NCBI GenBank assembly: GCA_045047305.1
Contig: JASFYO010000019.1
Location: forward strand, 5,405 to 69,404
Length of the DNA: 64,000 nucleotides
DNA from: Planctomycetota bacterium
Lineage (GTDB): Bacteria > Planctomycetota > UBA1135
Direction: 5' to 3'
Shown: positions 1 to 9,325 of the stretch, one piece after another
Layout of the letters: each line of letters starts with the position of its first letter
Position numbering within the stretch: position 1 is the first letter of the stretch
The notes under the pieces: model-generated
The model's input: the letters and a program-made list of their open reading frames with translations, nothing else
The model's database searches: none
Told to the model about the DNA's origin: nothing
Position numbers and translations under genes: made by a program

Positions 1-654
1 GAGGTTCTCCTCTGGTGCAAGGACTTCCCACGAGCAGGATTGGCGCAAGCTTTCGTTTCTGGATTAGAGTTCGGGGTTTCTTGCGCCCGCTTTGCCGGGG
101 AATCCCGCATGCGCGTGGTTTCGATTGGGGCGAAAATTCCACCAACAGTTCTTGGCGACGGCATAAGCAATTTGGAGCGTTTAGTTTTGTTACACCCACG
201 GCATGTGGCCCAGGCCGACGCCATTTTGGGCGCGAATGCTCAGCGCCTTTACGCTATTCCTGAAGTCGGCGAAGTGGTGGAACTGAGCCCTTTAGGCACA
301 CATTCTCGCGGAGCCCAGTTTTTGGACCGCAACGACTTATATAGCCAAGAGCTTGAAGTCGTCATCCAAGGTCTCTGCAGTCGTATGCCGGATTTTCACT
401 TAGGGCGATTCGACATTCGCGTTCCAAGCATAGAGGACTTTGTTGCCGGCAAAAACCTGAGTGTATTAGAGCTTAATGGGCTTACAGGAGAGCCGGCGCA
501 TATTTATGATTCCAAGTATTCCGTTCATGATGCACGTAGCGCGCTGAGACAGCATTGGCGCGATGCATTTTCGATTGCGGCAGCCAACGTCAAGGCTGGG
601 TCATCCATGAGTAGTTACCGCGAATTGTGGAATCTGTGGCGCCAAAGCCGGTAG
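1..654 (+). CDS. ATP-grasp carboxylate-amine ligase-like protein, C-terminal part (open at left edge)
   Basis: Frame is open from base 1 (EVLLWCKDFPRAGLAQAFVSGLEFGV). It has PTVLGDG, LGTHSRGA, GRFDIR and VLELNG motifs typical of cyanophycin synthetase/GshF-like ATP-grasp domains. Confidence 0.7.
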   Translation, partial: EVLLWCKDFPRAGLAQAFVSGLEFGVSCARFAGESRMRVVSIGAKIPPTVLGDGISNLERLVLLHPRHVAQADAILGANAQRLYAIPEVGEVVELSPLGTHSRGAQFLDRNDLYSQELEVVIQGLCSRMPDFHLGRFDIRVPSIEDFVAGKNLSVLELNGLTGEPAHIYDSKYSVHDARSALRQHWRDAFSIAAANVKAGSSMSSYRELWNLWRQSR

Positions 655-674
655 CCCGACGCTATTCTTTGCGT

Positions 675-1019
675 ATGACCGTTACCGTTTGGTTTAATCC
701 AGCATGCTCAAAATGTCGCGCAGTAAAGGCTCTGTTAGAAGACCGCGGCATCGAAGCTAACTACCGGCTTTATCTAGAGCAGGCGCCAAGCGTGGAGGAA
801 ATAGAAGATCTTCTTTCCAAGCTTGGAGATCCAGAAGCACGACAGCTTTTACGCATGAAAGATGCGGTTTTTGCTGAGCTAAACTTGGCAGAGGCTACAC
901 CGGCATCCCGGATCGAGGCAAGCTGTGCGACCCCTTCGTTGCTGAACCGCCCGATTGTGGTTTGTGGTGAGCGCGCCATTGTTGCGCGTCCGCCAGAGTT
1001 GGCCTTGGAAGTTTTATGA
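675..1019 (+). CDS. ArsC/Spx family arsenate reductase-like protein
   Basis: MTVTVWFNPACSKCR (CxxC), LLNRPIVV and ARPPE motifs. ATG at 675 follows a TATTCT hexamer. Confidence 0.85.
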   Translation: MTVTVWFNPACSKCRAVKALLEDRGIEANYRLYLEQAPSVEEIEDLLSKLGDPEARQLLRMKDAVFAELNLAEATPASRIEASCATPSLLNRPIVVCGERAIVARPPELALEVL

Positions 1020-1774
1020 GTCAATCGCGCTTCATCACCATTCCAACTAGCCATTACTGTGAAAAGGCGCGTTGGGCAATGGACTATGTCGGCTTTGCTT
1101 ATGAAGAGGAAATGCACATGCCAGTTTTTCACATGCGCATTGCCAAAAAAGCAGGTGGCAAACCGACAGTGCCGGTGTTGGTAACTGGAGATGGCGTGTT
1201 TAATGATTCCACCGATATTCTTCAGTTTTTGGACCGGACTACGGAAGACCACAAACTTTACCCCGAAGATCCGAACTTGCGCAAAGAAGTGGAAGACTTC
1301 GAGGAACTTTGCGACGAAGTTGTAGGCAAGCATTCAAGGCGGGTTATTTATTCTTACCTACTGCAGCAAAAGGAATCCTTTTTCCAAATGTTTCCCGAAC
1401 AATGCCCACCCCACGAAGTTCGATGGTTGCGTTTTGGGTTTCCAGTTTTTCGCATTTTGGTACGCCGGGCCTACAACATTAACCCACAATCGGTTGCGCG
1501 TTCGGTGCAAAAAGTGAAGGATGTTTTCGCGCTGGTCGAAGCTCGACTTGCCCAGGGCGGAGACTATCTTTTTGGTGACACCATCAGCGCGGCGGATATT
1601 GCTTTTGCCTGCACAGCAGTTCCTATTGTGGTTCCAGATGACTACTTTGTGAAGCTACCGAGTCTCGAGGATTTCCCTGCAGAAGGCCGAGCGCTCATCG
1701 AAGAATTCCGCGAATCGCCGGCGGGGTTGTATGCACGGAAACTCTTCCGCGAAGACCGCCCGCGTTGCAACTAA
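1016..1774 (+). CDS. Glutathione S-transferase family protein
   Basis: SHYCEKARWA, TVPVL, DSTDI and YLFGDTISAADIAFA motifs. ATGA overlap with the upstream gene. Confidence 0.9.
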   Translation: MSQSRFITIPTSHYCEKARWAMDYVGFAYEEEMHMPVFHMRIAKKAGGKPTVPVLVTGDGVFNDSTDILQFLDRTTEDHKLYPEDPNLRKEVEDFEELCDEVVGKHSRRVIYSYLLQQKESFFQMFPEQCPPHEVRWLRFGFPVFRILVRRAYNINPQSVARSVQKVKDVFALVEARLAQGGDYLFGDTISAADIAFACTAVPIVVPDDYFVKLPSLEDFPAEGRALIEEFRESPAGLYARKLFREDRPRCN

Positions 1775-2048
1775 GATGTTGAATCTAGTCCGTCTTCTGA
1801 ACTAGCCTTCAGAGTTAGACTCAGGGGGCGAAGTATTCAACCCTTGGAGAATACCATTGGTTTACTAGGATTGAGCGCGGCGGTCGAAGGTTATGCTCAA
1901 TATTTAACGCGTCAGCATGCGGCAAAGTTGGGGGCTAAAAAAGGGTGGCCTTGGTTATGTACGACAGTCGCAGTGCAGAGACCTTGCATCCCTTTCTCAA
2001 CAACCTCAATCAACTGGCTGCAAAGCAGTCCGAAAAACAAATCGAGCC

Positions 2049-3206
2049 TTAAAGGCTAACCCGGTCAGGGCCTTTCAAGTCGAACTTTCGGCGTCGTACA
2101 ATAAAGTGGTCGCCATGAATACGGCGCTTGCGAAAGCCGAGCAAGTGGAAGATTTCCACCGTGGCCCAGCGAGCAACTTTAAGGTTGACGCGGATAGCGC
2201 CAGGCTCGTCCTTAACTTTTGTAACGCCCGGCATCCAGTGCACAATACGGTCCAAGCGGAGGCGTCGCATCCAGCGCGATAGTTTGAGCCATGCGGGCGC
2301 TACATCGAGTGCGAGGAAGAAACCGTCGTCGCCCTTGCCTTGGTACAGGGGAAGGAGGATGCGAGACCGGTAGAAGGTTTTGATTTCACCTTGCAAGAGA
2401 TCTTCAGCAACTACTTCACCTTTACTCACGCGGCGAAAGTTGCGATAGCCAGGCCGCATGCGGAAGCCATCTTCCGCGGTAATGGCATGGCGATAACGAA
2501 TTCCGAGCCACTGCGGTAAGCCACCACGGCTTTTTTCAAGCACTTCAGTAGCGTGACGTGTTTCCGCAATGGTTTCATCGCTTAGGCAGCCTGCGCCAAC
2601 TAATGCGCGCCAAACTGCGGCTTCGTGAAAGTCGATAGCGGCTTCGGAATGGTGCTCGCCACCTTCAAATCCAATGGTGATAAATCCAAGGTTGTTGAGG
2701 TACTCGAGGAGGGCTCCTTCTAATTGTTCTTCGAGTCCAAGGATGACCGGCACGGGAAAGCTGTGCGCAAAGCGGCGGTTCCGAATCGTGTCGCCAATGC
2801 AGGCAAAGGGTTCACCCTCGGCCGACGAAGTGTGAAGGTCTAAAAAGTAAACTTCTCCGCGATGCGAGCCGACTACGTTGCGCATCGTGTCGAGCAATTC
2901 TCGTTGTTCAAGAGTTTCTGCGCAGCCATCTTCGAGTGCGTTGATCTGGGCCATACGGTCAGGTGACCATGCACGATTCAAATCACGATCGAGGTAACGA
3001 GTTTTCGCTTCCAGTGCGCGAAGGTTGCCGGCTAAACCCACGATGGTGCCACGCATGTGCGGTTGCTTCTTGCGCAATGTCTCGAATACGCGCTCGAGGG
3101 CATGCACTCCAGCGGGTTCATTGCCGTGAATCCCTCCAAGGCATAACACCAGGGGTCCATCCTCCTGCCCGTCGTAACGGCCAAGAACTCTTGGGTGGCG
3201 GTTCAT
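2049..3206 (-). CDS. Succinylglutamate desuccinylase/aspartoacylase (M14 family) deacylase
   Basis: GGIHGNE, DRDLNR, LDLHT and FEGG zinc-carboxypeptidase motifs. Start could also lie up to 3269. Confidence 0.9.
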   Translation of the reverse strand: MNRHPRVLGRYDGQEDGPLVLCLGGIHGNEPAGVHALERVFETLRKKQPHMRGTIVGLAGNLRALEAKTRYLDRDLNRAWSPDRMAQINALEDGCAETLEQRELLDTMRNVVGSHRGEVYFLDLHTSSAEGEPFACIGDTIRNRRFAHSFPVPVILGLEEQLEGALLEYLNNLGFITIGFEGGEHHSEAAIDFHEAAVWRALVGAGCLSDETIAETRHATEVLEKSRGGLPQWLGIRYRHAITAEDGFRMRPGYRNFRRVSKGEVVAEDLLQGEIKTFYRSRILLPLYQGKGDDGFFLALDVAPAWLKLSRWMRRLRLDRIVHWMPGVTKVKDEPGAIRVNLKVARWATVEIFHLLGFRKRRIHGDHFIVRRRKFDLKGPDRVSL

Positions 3207-3286
3207 CGCCGTAGCAGTCGAGATTCCAGAATCCACATTCCTATCCAAGGACCATGACGACCCTCTCATTCATCGCCCAAATCAAA

Positions 3287-5200
3287 TTATTCCTTGAGCT
3301 TGCTTTCGAGCAAACGGGCGGCGATTCCCATGAGGATGTCTTCCGTGACCATGCCAACCAAGCGGTTGTTGGTGTCCACCACGGGCAGACAGGATATCTT
3401 CTCGCGGCGCATCAATGCGATAGCGCTGAGCGTACGAGTGTCCGGAGTGACCCGGATTGGCTCTTTATCCATAACATCGGCCACGGGAACCTGAGTATCC
3501 ATTTCACTGCGGCTGAAGGCGAAGCGCATGAGCACCCGGTGAGTCAACAAGCCTATAAGATTGTGGTCGTCGTCCTCCACCGGGATGTGGCGCAGATGCC
3601 ACCAATCCATCATGTTCGCAGCAAGGTCCACTAACTCTGTTTCACGCACAGTAAAAAGATCTGTGCTCATCAGCGAAGAGATTCGCTCGTATTGGTCACG
3701 CCACGAAACGGAGGTCTCGCACACCTCGGCAAGCGGCCATTCATGCAGTGGCAATCCAGTCTCTTGGTTTTTGATAGTCGAGTTCACCAAGGCGGTTAGG
3801 GTTTCCTTAACGGTTGCGGTTTTGCGCATTTTAGATGCCGACATCAGCTGCCAGCGCGCACCCGTCCGCTCTGCCACCACCCGTTCGCGCACCACGTTGA
3901 TGTAACGATCGATGTCTTCGTTATCTAAGTTCACGCTTTCTAGGCCGCGCCGTGCGATTGGGATGAGGATTGCGAGAATCAAATCATGGGTAGGGTAGGT
4001 GCGACCGTCGATCCAAGTGAGCTGCGCATCCAATCCCAAGCGCGCGGCGGCAAGGAGATTATTTTTGCAATCGTCAAAGTCCATCAATTCGCGTGGATCA
4101 CCGATTTCATTGGCAACTCCCTTCATCAGGCCGAGCCAGAAAGCGGAATTTGCGATTTCGTCGAGCACGGATGGACCGGCCGGAAGTAACCGGTTTTCAA
4201 TGCGCAGGTGAGGCTTGCCATCGGAGATTCCATAACACGCACGGTTCCACCGATAAACGGTGCCGGTGTGCATGCGCAGGGCATCGAGTTTCGGCGCACG
4301 ACCCGCAGCAAGGGCCTCGAATGGATCCTCGTATTCTTCGGCTCCAATTAAAGTGCGGAAGCGGGCGATGTCCTCCCGGTAAAGTTCAATCACCGATTCC
4401 TTAACCCATGAAGCTCCAAAACTGACTCGGGGTTGCATATCGCGGTGCGCAACCTCAGTGCGCCGAGTGTCGACCGATTGCTGGAATAGAGCCAATCGGG
4501 TTTCACGCCATAAACGCTTACTAAAAAGTAAGGGTGAGTTCACTGCGCAAGACATCACTGGTGCGGCGACGAGCTGTGCAATGTTGTAGTGCATCGGAAA
4601 CTCGTCGGCAGGGATTTGCAAATGCACTTGATAGGAAGTGTTGCAAGCTTCCAACATGATGGTGTCGTGCGTGAGTCGCAGATCATCAATGCCTTTAATC
4701 CGCAGGCGAAAGGGTCCACCGCGCAATTTTGCCAATGCATCGTTGAGCGCAAAGTAACGCGGATTGGCAGTCATGTTATCGAGGGTCATGTCCTCGATTT
4801 CAAGCGTCGGCAAAATACCGGTTAGTACGATGTCTCCTCCAGCGGCGCGCGCAGCTTCTCGCGCTTTCTGCACTAACTCATTGTTCTGCTTTTCTAGTCG
4901 ACGCAAGCAGTCGCCTTGAAAATCTAATGGATCAAGATTGCACTCAAGATTGAACTGCGCAAGCTCCGGCGTGAAGTGAGGGTCGTCGAGGGCTTCCAAT
5001 AAGCGTGCGCCTAGGTTTGCAGGGCGCATGCCTCGGTCGACCAAAAACATTTCTTGTTCGGCGCCAATGCGTTGACGGTCGGTCTCTAGGACTCCGTCCT
5101 TTACCATTTGTTCCAAAGCCTGAAGATCGCGCAACAGGGCTTTGGTGAAGTGGCGCAACTGGTTTTCGTCGCGGTAAGAAGTGACGTTGAATTCACCCAT
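3287..5200 (-). CDS. Glutamate-cysteine ligase family (GCS2) protein with C-terminal tandem CBS domains
   Basis: IGAEQEMFLVD, ELAQFNLE, QVHLQ, HTGTVYRWNR and LRIENR motifs. The C-terminus has CBS repeats (MSTDLFTV...HIPVED; ISCLPVVD...LVGMVT). Confidence 0.88.
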   Translation of the reverse strand: MGEFNVTSYRDENQLRHFTKALLRDLQALEQMVKDGVLETDRQRIGAEQEMFLVDRGMRPANLGARLLEALDDPHFTPELAQFNLECNLDPLDFQGDCLRRLEKQNNELVQKAREAARAAGGDIVLTGILPTLEIEDMTLDNMTANPRYFALNDALAKLRGGPFRLRIKGIDDLRLTHDTIMLEACNTSYQVHLQIPADEFPMHYNIAQLVAAPVMSCAVNSPLLFSKRLWRETRLALFQQSVDTRRTEVAHRDMQPRVSFGASWVKESVIELYREDIARFRTLIGAEEYEDPFEALAAGRAPKLDALRMHTGTVYRWNRACYGISDGKPHLRIENRLLPAGPSVLDEIANSAFWLGLMKGVANEIGDPRELMDFDDCKNNLLAAARLGLDAQLTWIDGRTYPTHDLILAILIPIARRGLESVNLDNEDIDRYINVVRERVVAERTGARWQLMSASKMRKTATVKETLTALVNSTIKNQETGLPLHEWPLAEVCETSVSWRDQYERISSLMSTDLFTVRETELVDLAANMMDWWHLRHIPVEDDDHNLIGLLTHRVLMRFAFSRSEMDTQVPVADVMDKEPIRVTPDTRTLSAIALMRREKISCLPVVDTNNRLVGMVTEDILMGIAARLLESKLKE

Positions 5201-5280
5201 TGCTTTCTATCCTAGCGCGAGGGAGGCGACAGAGGAAAGAATCAGGTGGAACAAGTTGTGGGAATCCATATACTGTGTAT

Positions 5281-5718
5281 GTGGCAAAGAAGATACCTGA
5301 TAGTCCTTCCCGTTCCGCTTATCTCAACATCGTGATCGCATGGGATCAGCTTCACGGTGACTTTGGAAAGTTATTTCGCGAGAACGGCCTCACTCCAACT
5401 GTATTTAACGCCATGCGGATTTTGGTGCAGGGCCCCAAAGAAGGAATGCGGATTGGAGAAGTTGGGGCTGGGTTGATTCAGCGCGTGCCAGACATCACTC
5501 GCTTATTGGACCGCATGGAGCGGGATGGCTTTGTGTCGCGCATTCGTAATAAAGATGATCGTCGCGCAGTGACGGTACGGCTCACCCCCGAAGGGCGTCG
5601 TAAGTGTGAAAGTATGTACGCTTCGGTGACCAAGATGCACGCTTCTCAGTTGCAGCACATGACGGACCGCGAACTTTCTACTTTGGCGAAGTTGCTGGAG
5701 AAAGCGGCAGAGCGCTAG
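5281..5718 (+). CDS. MarR family transcriptional regulator
   Basis: PDITRLLDRMERDGFVSR...DDRRAVTVRLT winged-helix motif. GTG start at 5281 follows TATACT. Confidence 0.9.
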   Translation: MAKKIPDSPSRSAYLNIVIAWDQLHGDFGKLFRENGLTPTVFNAMRILVQGPKEGMRIGEVGAGLIQRVPDITRLLDRMERDGFVSRIRNKDDRRAVTVRLTPEGRRKCESMYASVTKMHASQLQHMTDRELSTLAKLLEKAAER

Positions 5719-6245
5719 GCCGTCGAGTCGTTTTGCTTTTTGCGTTTTCGGCGGCGCATGGAGCCTGGAAGCCACCATAAGTAAACGCCGCTTAGCCAGA
5801 GGAAGAGGACCACGATCCCAGCAGGCAAGAAGAGCCAGAGTTTGGCTTGCGCGTGGAACCACGAACCATCGTGAAGGCTTTCGATGAGGTCGGAGCGGCG
5901 CGAAGCGATTTGGAGGAGGTCGCCGCTGGAGCTGTCCACCTGAATCTCCATGCCGTTTGCGCATTGCACTTTGATCACGCCGCGAGACGGGCGTACATCC
6001 AGGCGCTCGACATCTTCCCAGCCGTCGACCTCGGCTTCAGGAACCGCGCTCAGTACGGCCAGAATCTGCTCAAACTCAATGCTTGGAACCGTGCCTATGC
6101 CACTTTGTGTAGAAGGCTGGATCCAAGACCATTCCTTTTTCATCTGCAGTAACAGGCCGCTCACGATGACGACGAGGAATGGAAGGGCCACCACGATTGC
6201 GCCAATGCGGTGCCAGCGCCGGGCAAGTCGAGGGAGAGCAGCCAT
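5715..6245 (-). CDS. PepSY-associated TM helix domain membrane protein
   Basis: RRWHR...SGLLL first TM, LIESLHDG motif, second TM ending SGVYLWW. Confidence 0.8.
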   Translation of the reverse strand: MAALPRLARRWHRIGAIVVALPFLVVIVSGLLLQMKKEWSWIQPSTQSGIGTVPSIEFEQILAVLSAVPEAEVDGWEDVERLDVRPSRGVIKVQCANGMEIQVDSSSGDLLQIASRRSDLIESLHDGSWFHAQAKLWLFLPAGIVVLFLWLSGVYLWWLPGSMRRRKRKKQNDSTA

Positions 6246-6433
6246 GATGCGGAATGAGGCTAACCGCACCAACTCTGCGTGTCGATTCCAACCAAGGACG
6301 TCATCGGAGCGTCCTACCCTGGCTCAAAAGCAAAATCGAGAGAATCCCTACCCCGAAGGCAAGAAGCGCCGGTAAGGTCGCATAGGAACGTTAATCCCCC
6401 GATTGGCACCCCTAGTTCTCCAACGCTTTCTTT

Positions 6434-7060
6434 ATGAGTAAGCCCCCCGTAATCCCACCCCCCGAAACCCTCGGTTCGCGCCTTCAAGAAGAGTGGAGCG
6501 CGACTTTCAAGGCCTATCAAACTTACCTAAATGTTCCTGCGCGGCAAAGATTTGAGCACTTAGGAGCCCTTTTTGAGCATCTTTGTCCATGGATTGAGCG
6601 CGCGATTGCCGGCGTGACTATGCGCCATTTTATTCTTCTGCCCACGGAGATGGCGGTCGCAAGGTTGTTTGCAAAAACGTGTAGGCGGGAAAATTTGCCT
6701 CAATCCCACGTGATTTACCAAATTTGGGTGGAATCTTCCATCCTGCGCGATGTGGCGGATCCTGGGGATGAATTAGGGGCAACGAATGGCGCTGCCGGTG
6801 AGCCGGGAGCACGTCTTCAGCAGCGTTTTAATCGCCTTCCTTATGCGGACCGCGCTCTGCTTTACCTCTATATGGTTGAGCGCTGTAGCGTCCGTGAGGT
6901 GTCTGGCTACACCGGCATCCCTCAGGCCTATGCAATGGAGAATTTGGGCCGTATCTGGGAGCAAGTTCAAGGCGGATTGTCAGAACAGGACTTCCCCACT
7001 GGATGGAAGGCGCCTCTTTTGGGGGCTGACGGGTTGGTGCGCGAGGAGCGAAGTGACTAG
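6434..7060 (+). CDS. Sigma-70 region-4-like HTH protein (degenerate ECF-like)
   Basis: FNRLPYADRALLYLYMVERCSVREVSGYTGIP resembles sigma region 4. The region-2-like part is poorly conserved. Confidence 0.55.
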   Translation: MSKPPVIPPPETLGSRLQEEWSATFKAYQTYLNVPARQRFEHLGALFEHLCPWIERAIAGVTMRHFILLPTEMAVARLFAKTCRRENLPQSHVIYQIWVESSILRDVADPGDELGATNGAAGEPGARLQQRFNRLPYADRALLYLYMVERCSVREVSGYTGIPQAYAMENLGRIWEQVQGGLSEQDFPTGWKAPLLGADGLVREERSD

Positions 7061-7284
7061 ATTTTTTCAGAATAACACCGTTCTGAGCAGGTTTTTTCGA
7101 GTAAATTTAAGCCTACAGACATGGCAGAGAAATGCCCTCTCCAAGTCCCATAAACAACATGATTCAGTTGTGAGGAGTCGATACCAACAGCTTTTCCACA
7201 GGATTTCCACTAAAGACATCCTTGGCGCAGGAATTATAGTGCGCGAGCAGTCCTTTGTTCCGTTCTCAAGCCTGCGCAAATACT

Positions 7285-7309
7285 TGAAACTTAAGCCGTT
7301 ACCGTCGTT
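7285..7309 (+). promoter_or_regulatory. Candidate ECF-type (autoregulatory) promoter TGAAAC-N15-CGTT
   Basis: AAC (-35) and CGT (-10) cores typical of ECF promoters, about 30 nt before the ECF ATG at 7341. Confidence 0.35.
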
Positions 7310-7340
7310 CCCAGTTAATATAGCCATTAACTGAAGACCC

Positions 7341-8294
7341 ATGACCTTCGCCCCCCTAAAGACCGAACAACTCGAAAGCTTCGCCGAAAGGCTTCAGGCT
7401 TTCGCGGAGGAAATCGGTCATGAACGGCTCCTTGAATTCAGTCAGCGTCTCGGTGCCCTAAACACCCGGGAACGCGATCGCCTCTCTACCGAGTTAATGG
7501 GTTGCTATGCCACCCAGGAATCGAACGAAGCTTTCGCCCTACTTTACGAACTGAATCAGGAAGGTGTGCTGCGTTTGATTTATCATCACTTGCGCCGCAG
7601 CTTCTTTGCCGTTGATGCACACGACATCCTCCAAGAAGTATTCTTCAATATCTATCGATACCCGAAGAACTTCGATTCCACCAAGCCGTCAGCTTTCCGC
7701 AATTGGACTCACTCCATTGTGCGAAACACGACCTTGAAGCACAGTCGAAAGGCGCAACGCAACCATGTGTTGTCTTTGACTGGTCCGGAACGCGATGGCG
7801 ATTCGGACATGCCTAACCTCGAGCCCGAAGACGTAGACGGGCGTACTCCTTTGCAGGAGACCCAAGCGCGGGAAACCAATGAAGAGCTCGTTGGTGCCTG
7901 GATGCTTTACCTTCACTTCTATCAAGAGGCGTATCGCTGCTTAACTCCTCGTGAGAAGCGCGCGCTTTACTTGGTGGAGGTCGACGGCCTTCCTTACAAG
8001 GATGCTGCGGCAAAGTTGGAGGTGCGGGTTGAGAACTTAAAGATGCGCATCTTCCGTGCACGTCGTAAGATTTTCACCATTATGAAACGCAAGTTCGCTG
8101 CTGGCGAATCTGCGCATGATCTTGAATCCGTACGCAATAGTCGTGCGCAACGCGCCGACGCCGGCCGGGCAAATGTGGCAGATGCTCGCATGCATGCCCC
8201 GGTTCCGGCAGTCGAGAACTCGGCGCCAAAGAAAAACACGCGCTTCACTAGTTTGAAGCCGAAAGCAGAAGTTGAGTTGGAGGGCGGGGCATGA
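7341..8294 (+). CDS. ECF RNA polymerase sigma factor with N- and C-terminal extensions
   Basis: Region 2 DAHDILQEVF...FRNWTHSIVRN. Region 4 LTPREKRALYLVEVDGLPYKDAA...LKMRIFRARRKI. Confidence 0.88.
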   Translation: MTFAPLKTEQLESFAERLQAFAEEIGHERLLEFSQRLGALNTRERDRLSTELMGCYATQESNEAFALLYELNQEGVLRLIYHHLRRSFFAVDAHDILQEVFFNIYRYPKNFDSTKPSAFRNWTHSIVRNTTLKHSRKAQRNHVLSLTGPERDGDSDMPNLEPEDVDGRTPLQETQARETNEELVGAWMLYLHFYQEAYRCLTPREKRALYLVEVDGLPYKDAAAKLEVRVENLKMRIFRARRKIFTIMKRKFAAGESAHDLESVRNSRAQRADAGRANVADARMHAPVPAVENSAPKKNTRFTSLKPKAEVELEGGA

Positions 8295-9325
8295 GCTTCC
8301 ATCATCCGGATTCCGATCACGGTGCTTACGCAGGCTTCCACGATGCTATCCGCAACGTGCATGCTTCGCCGCGCTTGATTTGTGCCGGATTCCAGCGTGA
8401 GCTTAGTGCTTTGCTGGATGGACAGGTGCCGGAGCGTCATGCGCGTCGCACCATGGCTCACCTTGAAGCTTGTACTGATTGTGGGGAATTTTTCCATGCG
8501 ATTCGTTTGCAAGCTCTTGCTCACCGAGACCTCGCTGTTCCTGGATCGCTGTCGCGCCGTTTGCGTCGGCTTCCTGGTAAGGATTTATTCCGCGGCCTAA
8601 CTGATTCAGAAATCGTGCGCCGTTTGGCGACCACGCTTTATGAGTTGGGAAAAGCTTATGCGCTGGCTGGCACCGATGGCGAGTACCTCATGCGGATTGC
8701 GGAAGAGCCGGTAGAAATTGATTCCTTTGAAAATGGGGAAGCCGCCGAGGCCGCAAAGATTGCGCAAGAAAGTGGCGCATGCGATTCTCGTTTCGCACAC
8801 CTTGTGGGCGAAACCGAATGTCATCTTGAGAAAGCCAGAGGTTTCCTTGAAGAGGCACTTAGCTTGAAGCCTAGATTCGCGGAAGCGCGCATCTATCTAG
8901 GTTTTGTCTATCAGGCAGAAAAGAAACCAGACCAGGCTGAGGCCGAATTCTTGGAAGTTTTTCTGAATACGGATCGCTTGCTAAATCGTGCACATGCTGC
9001 GATTCAGCTAGGGATGATTCACGATCGCACGAAAAATCATTTGCGCGCGATTCGTTACTACCGATGGGTCGTATCTAGCGGCCTTTTGGAGCATCAGCCG
9101 GAATTCGCTTTCGTGCTGTACAACATTGCTGTCGAGCATCTTTCGCTTGATCAACCTAGAAAAGCCCTGCCGCTTTTGGGCTTAATCCGAAATGAGTATG
9201 GCGATTTATGGCCCATGGTCGTGGAGTGGCTTCTCGGTTCTCCGGAACTACTTGAAGCTCTCCAGGCAGACCAGGCTTGTCGTAATCATTTGGAACAACT
9301 CGAACCGGCGTTTTTCGCCGCTTAA
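8291..9325 (+). CDS. zf-HC2 (ZAS) anti-sigma factor fused to TPR repeats, no TM segment seen
   Basis: C...LSALLDG...HLEACTDC (HxxxCxxC) followed by TPR-like helices (EALSLKPRFAEARIYLG, AHAAIQLG, VLYNIA). ATGA overlap with the sigma gene. Confidence 0.8.
   Translation: MSFHHPDSDHGAYAGFHDAIRNVHASPRLICAGFQRELSALLDGQVPERHARRTMAHLEACTDCGEFFHAIRLQALAHRDLAVPGSLSRRLRRLPGKDLFRGLTDSEIVRRLATTLYELGKAYALAGTDGEYLMRIAEEPVEIDSFENGEAAEAAKIAQESGACDSRFAHLVGETECHLEKARGFLEEALSLKPRFAEARIYLGFVYQAEKKPDQAEAEFLEVFLNTDRLLNRAHAAIQLGMIHDRTKNHLRAIRYYRWVVSSGLLEHQPEFAFVLYNIAVEHLSLDQPRKALPLLGLIRNEYGDLWPMVVEWLLGSPELLEALQADQACRNHLEQLEPAFFAA

Noticed and set aside
1937-1943. AAAAAAG as a programmed -1 frameshift site
   Set aside because: The heptamer phase does not join the two protein-like frames, and there is no IS or dnaX context.
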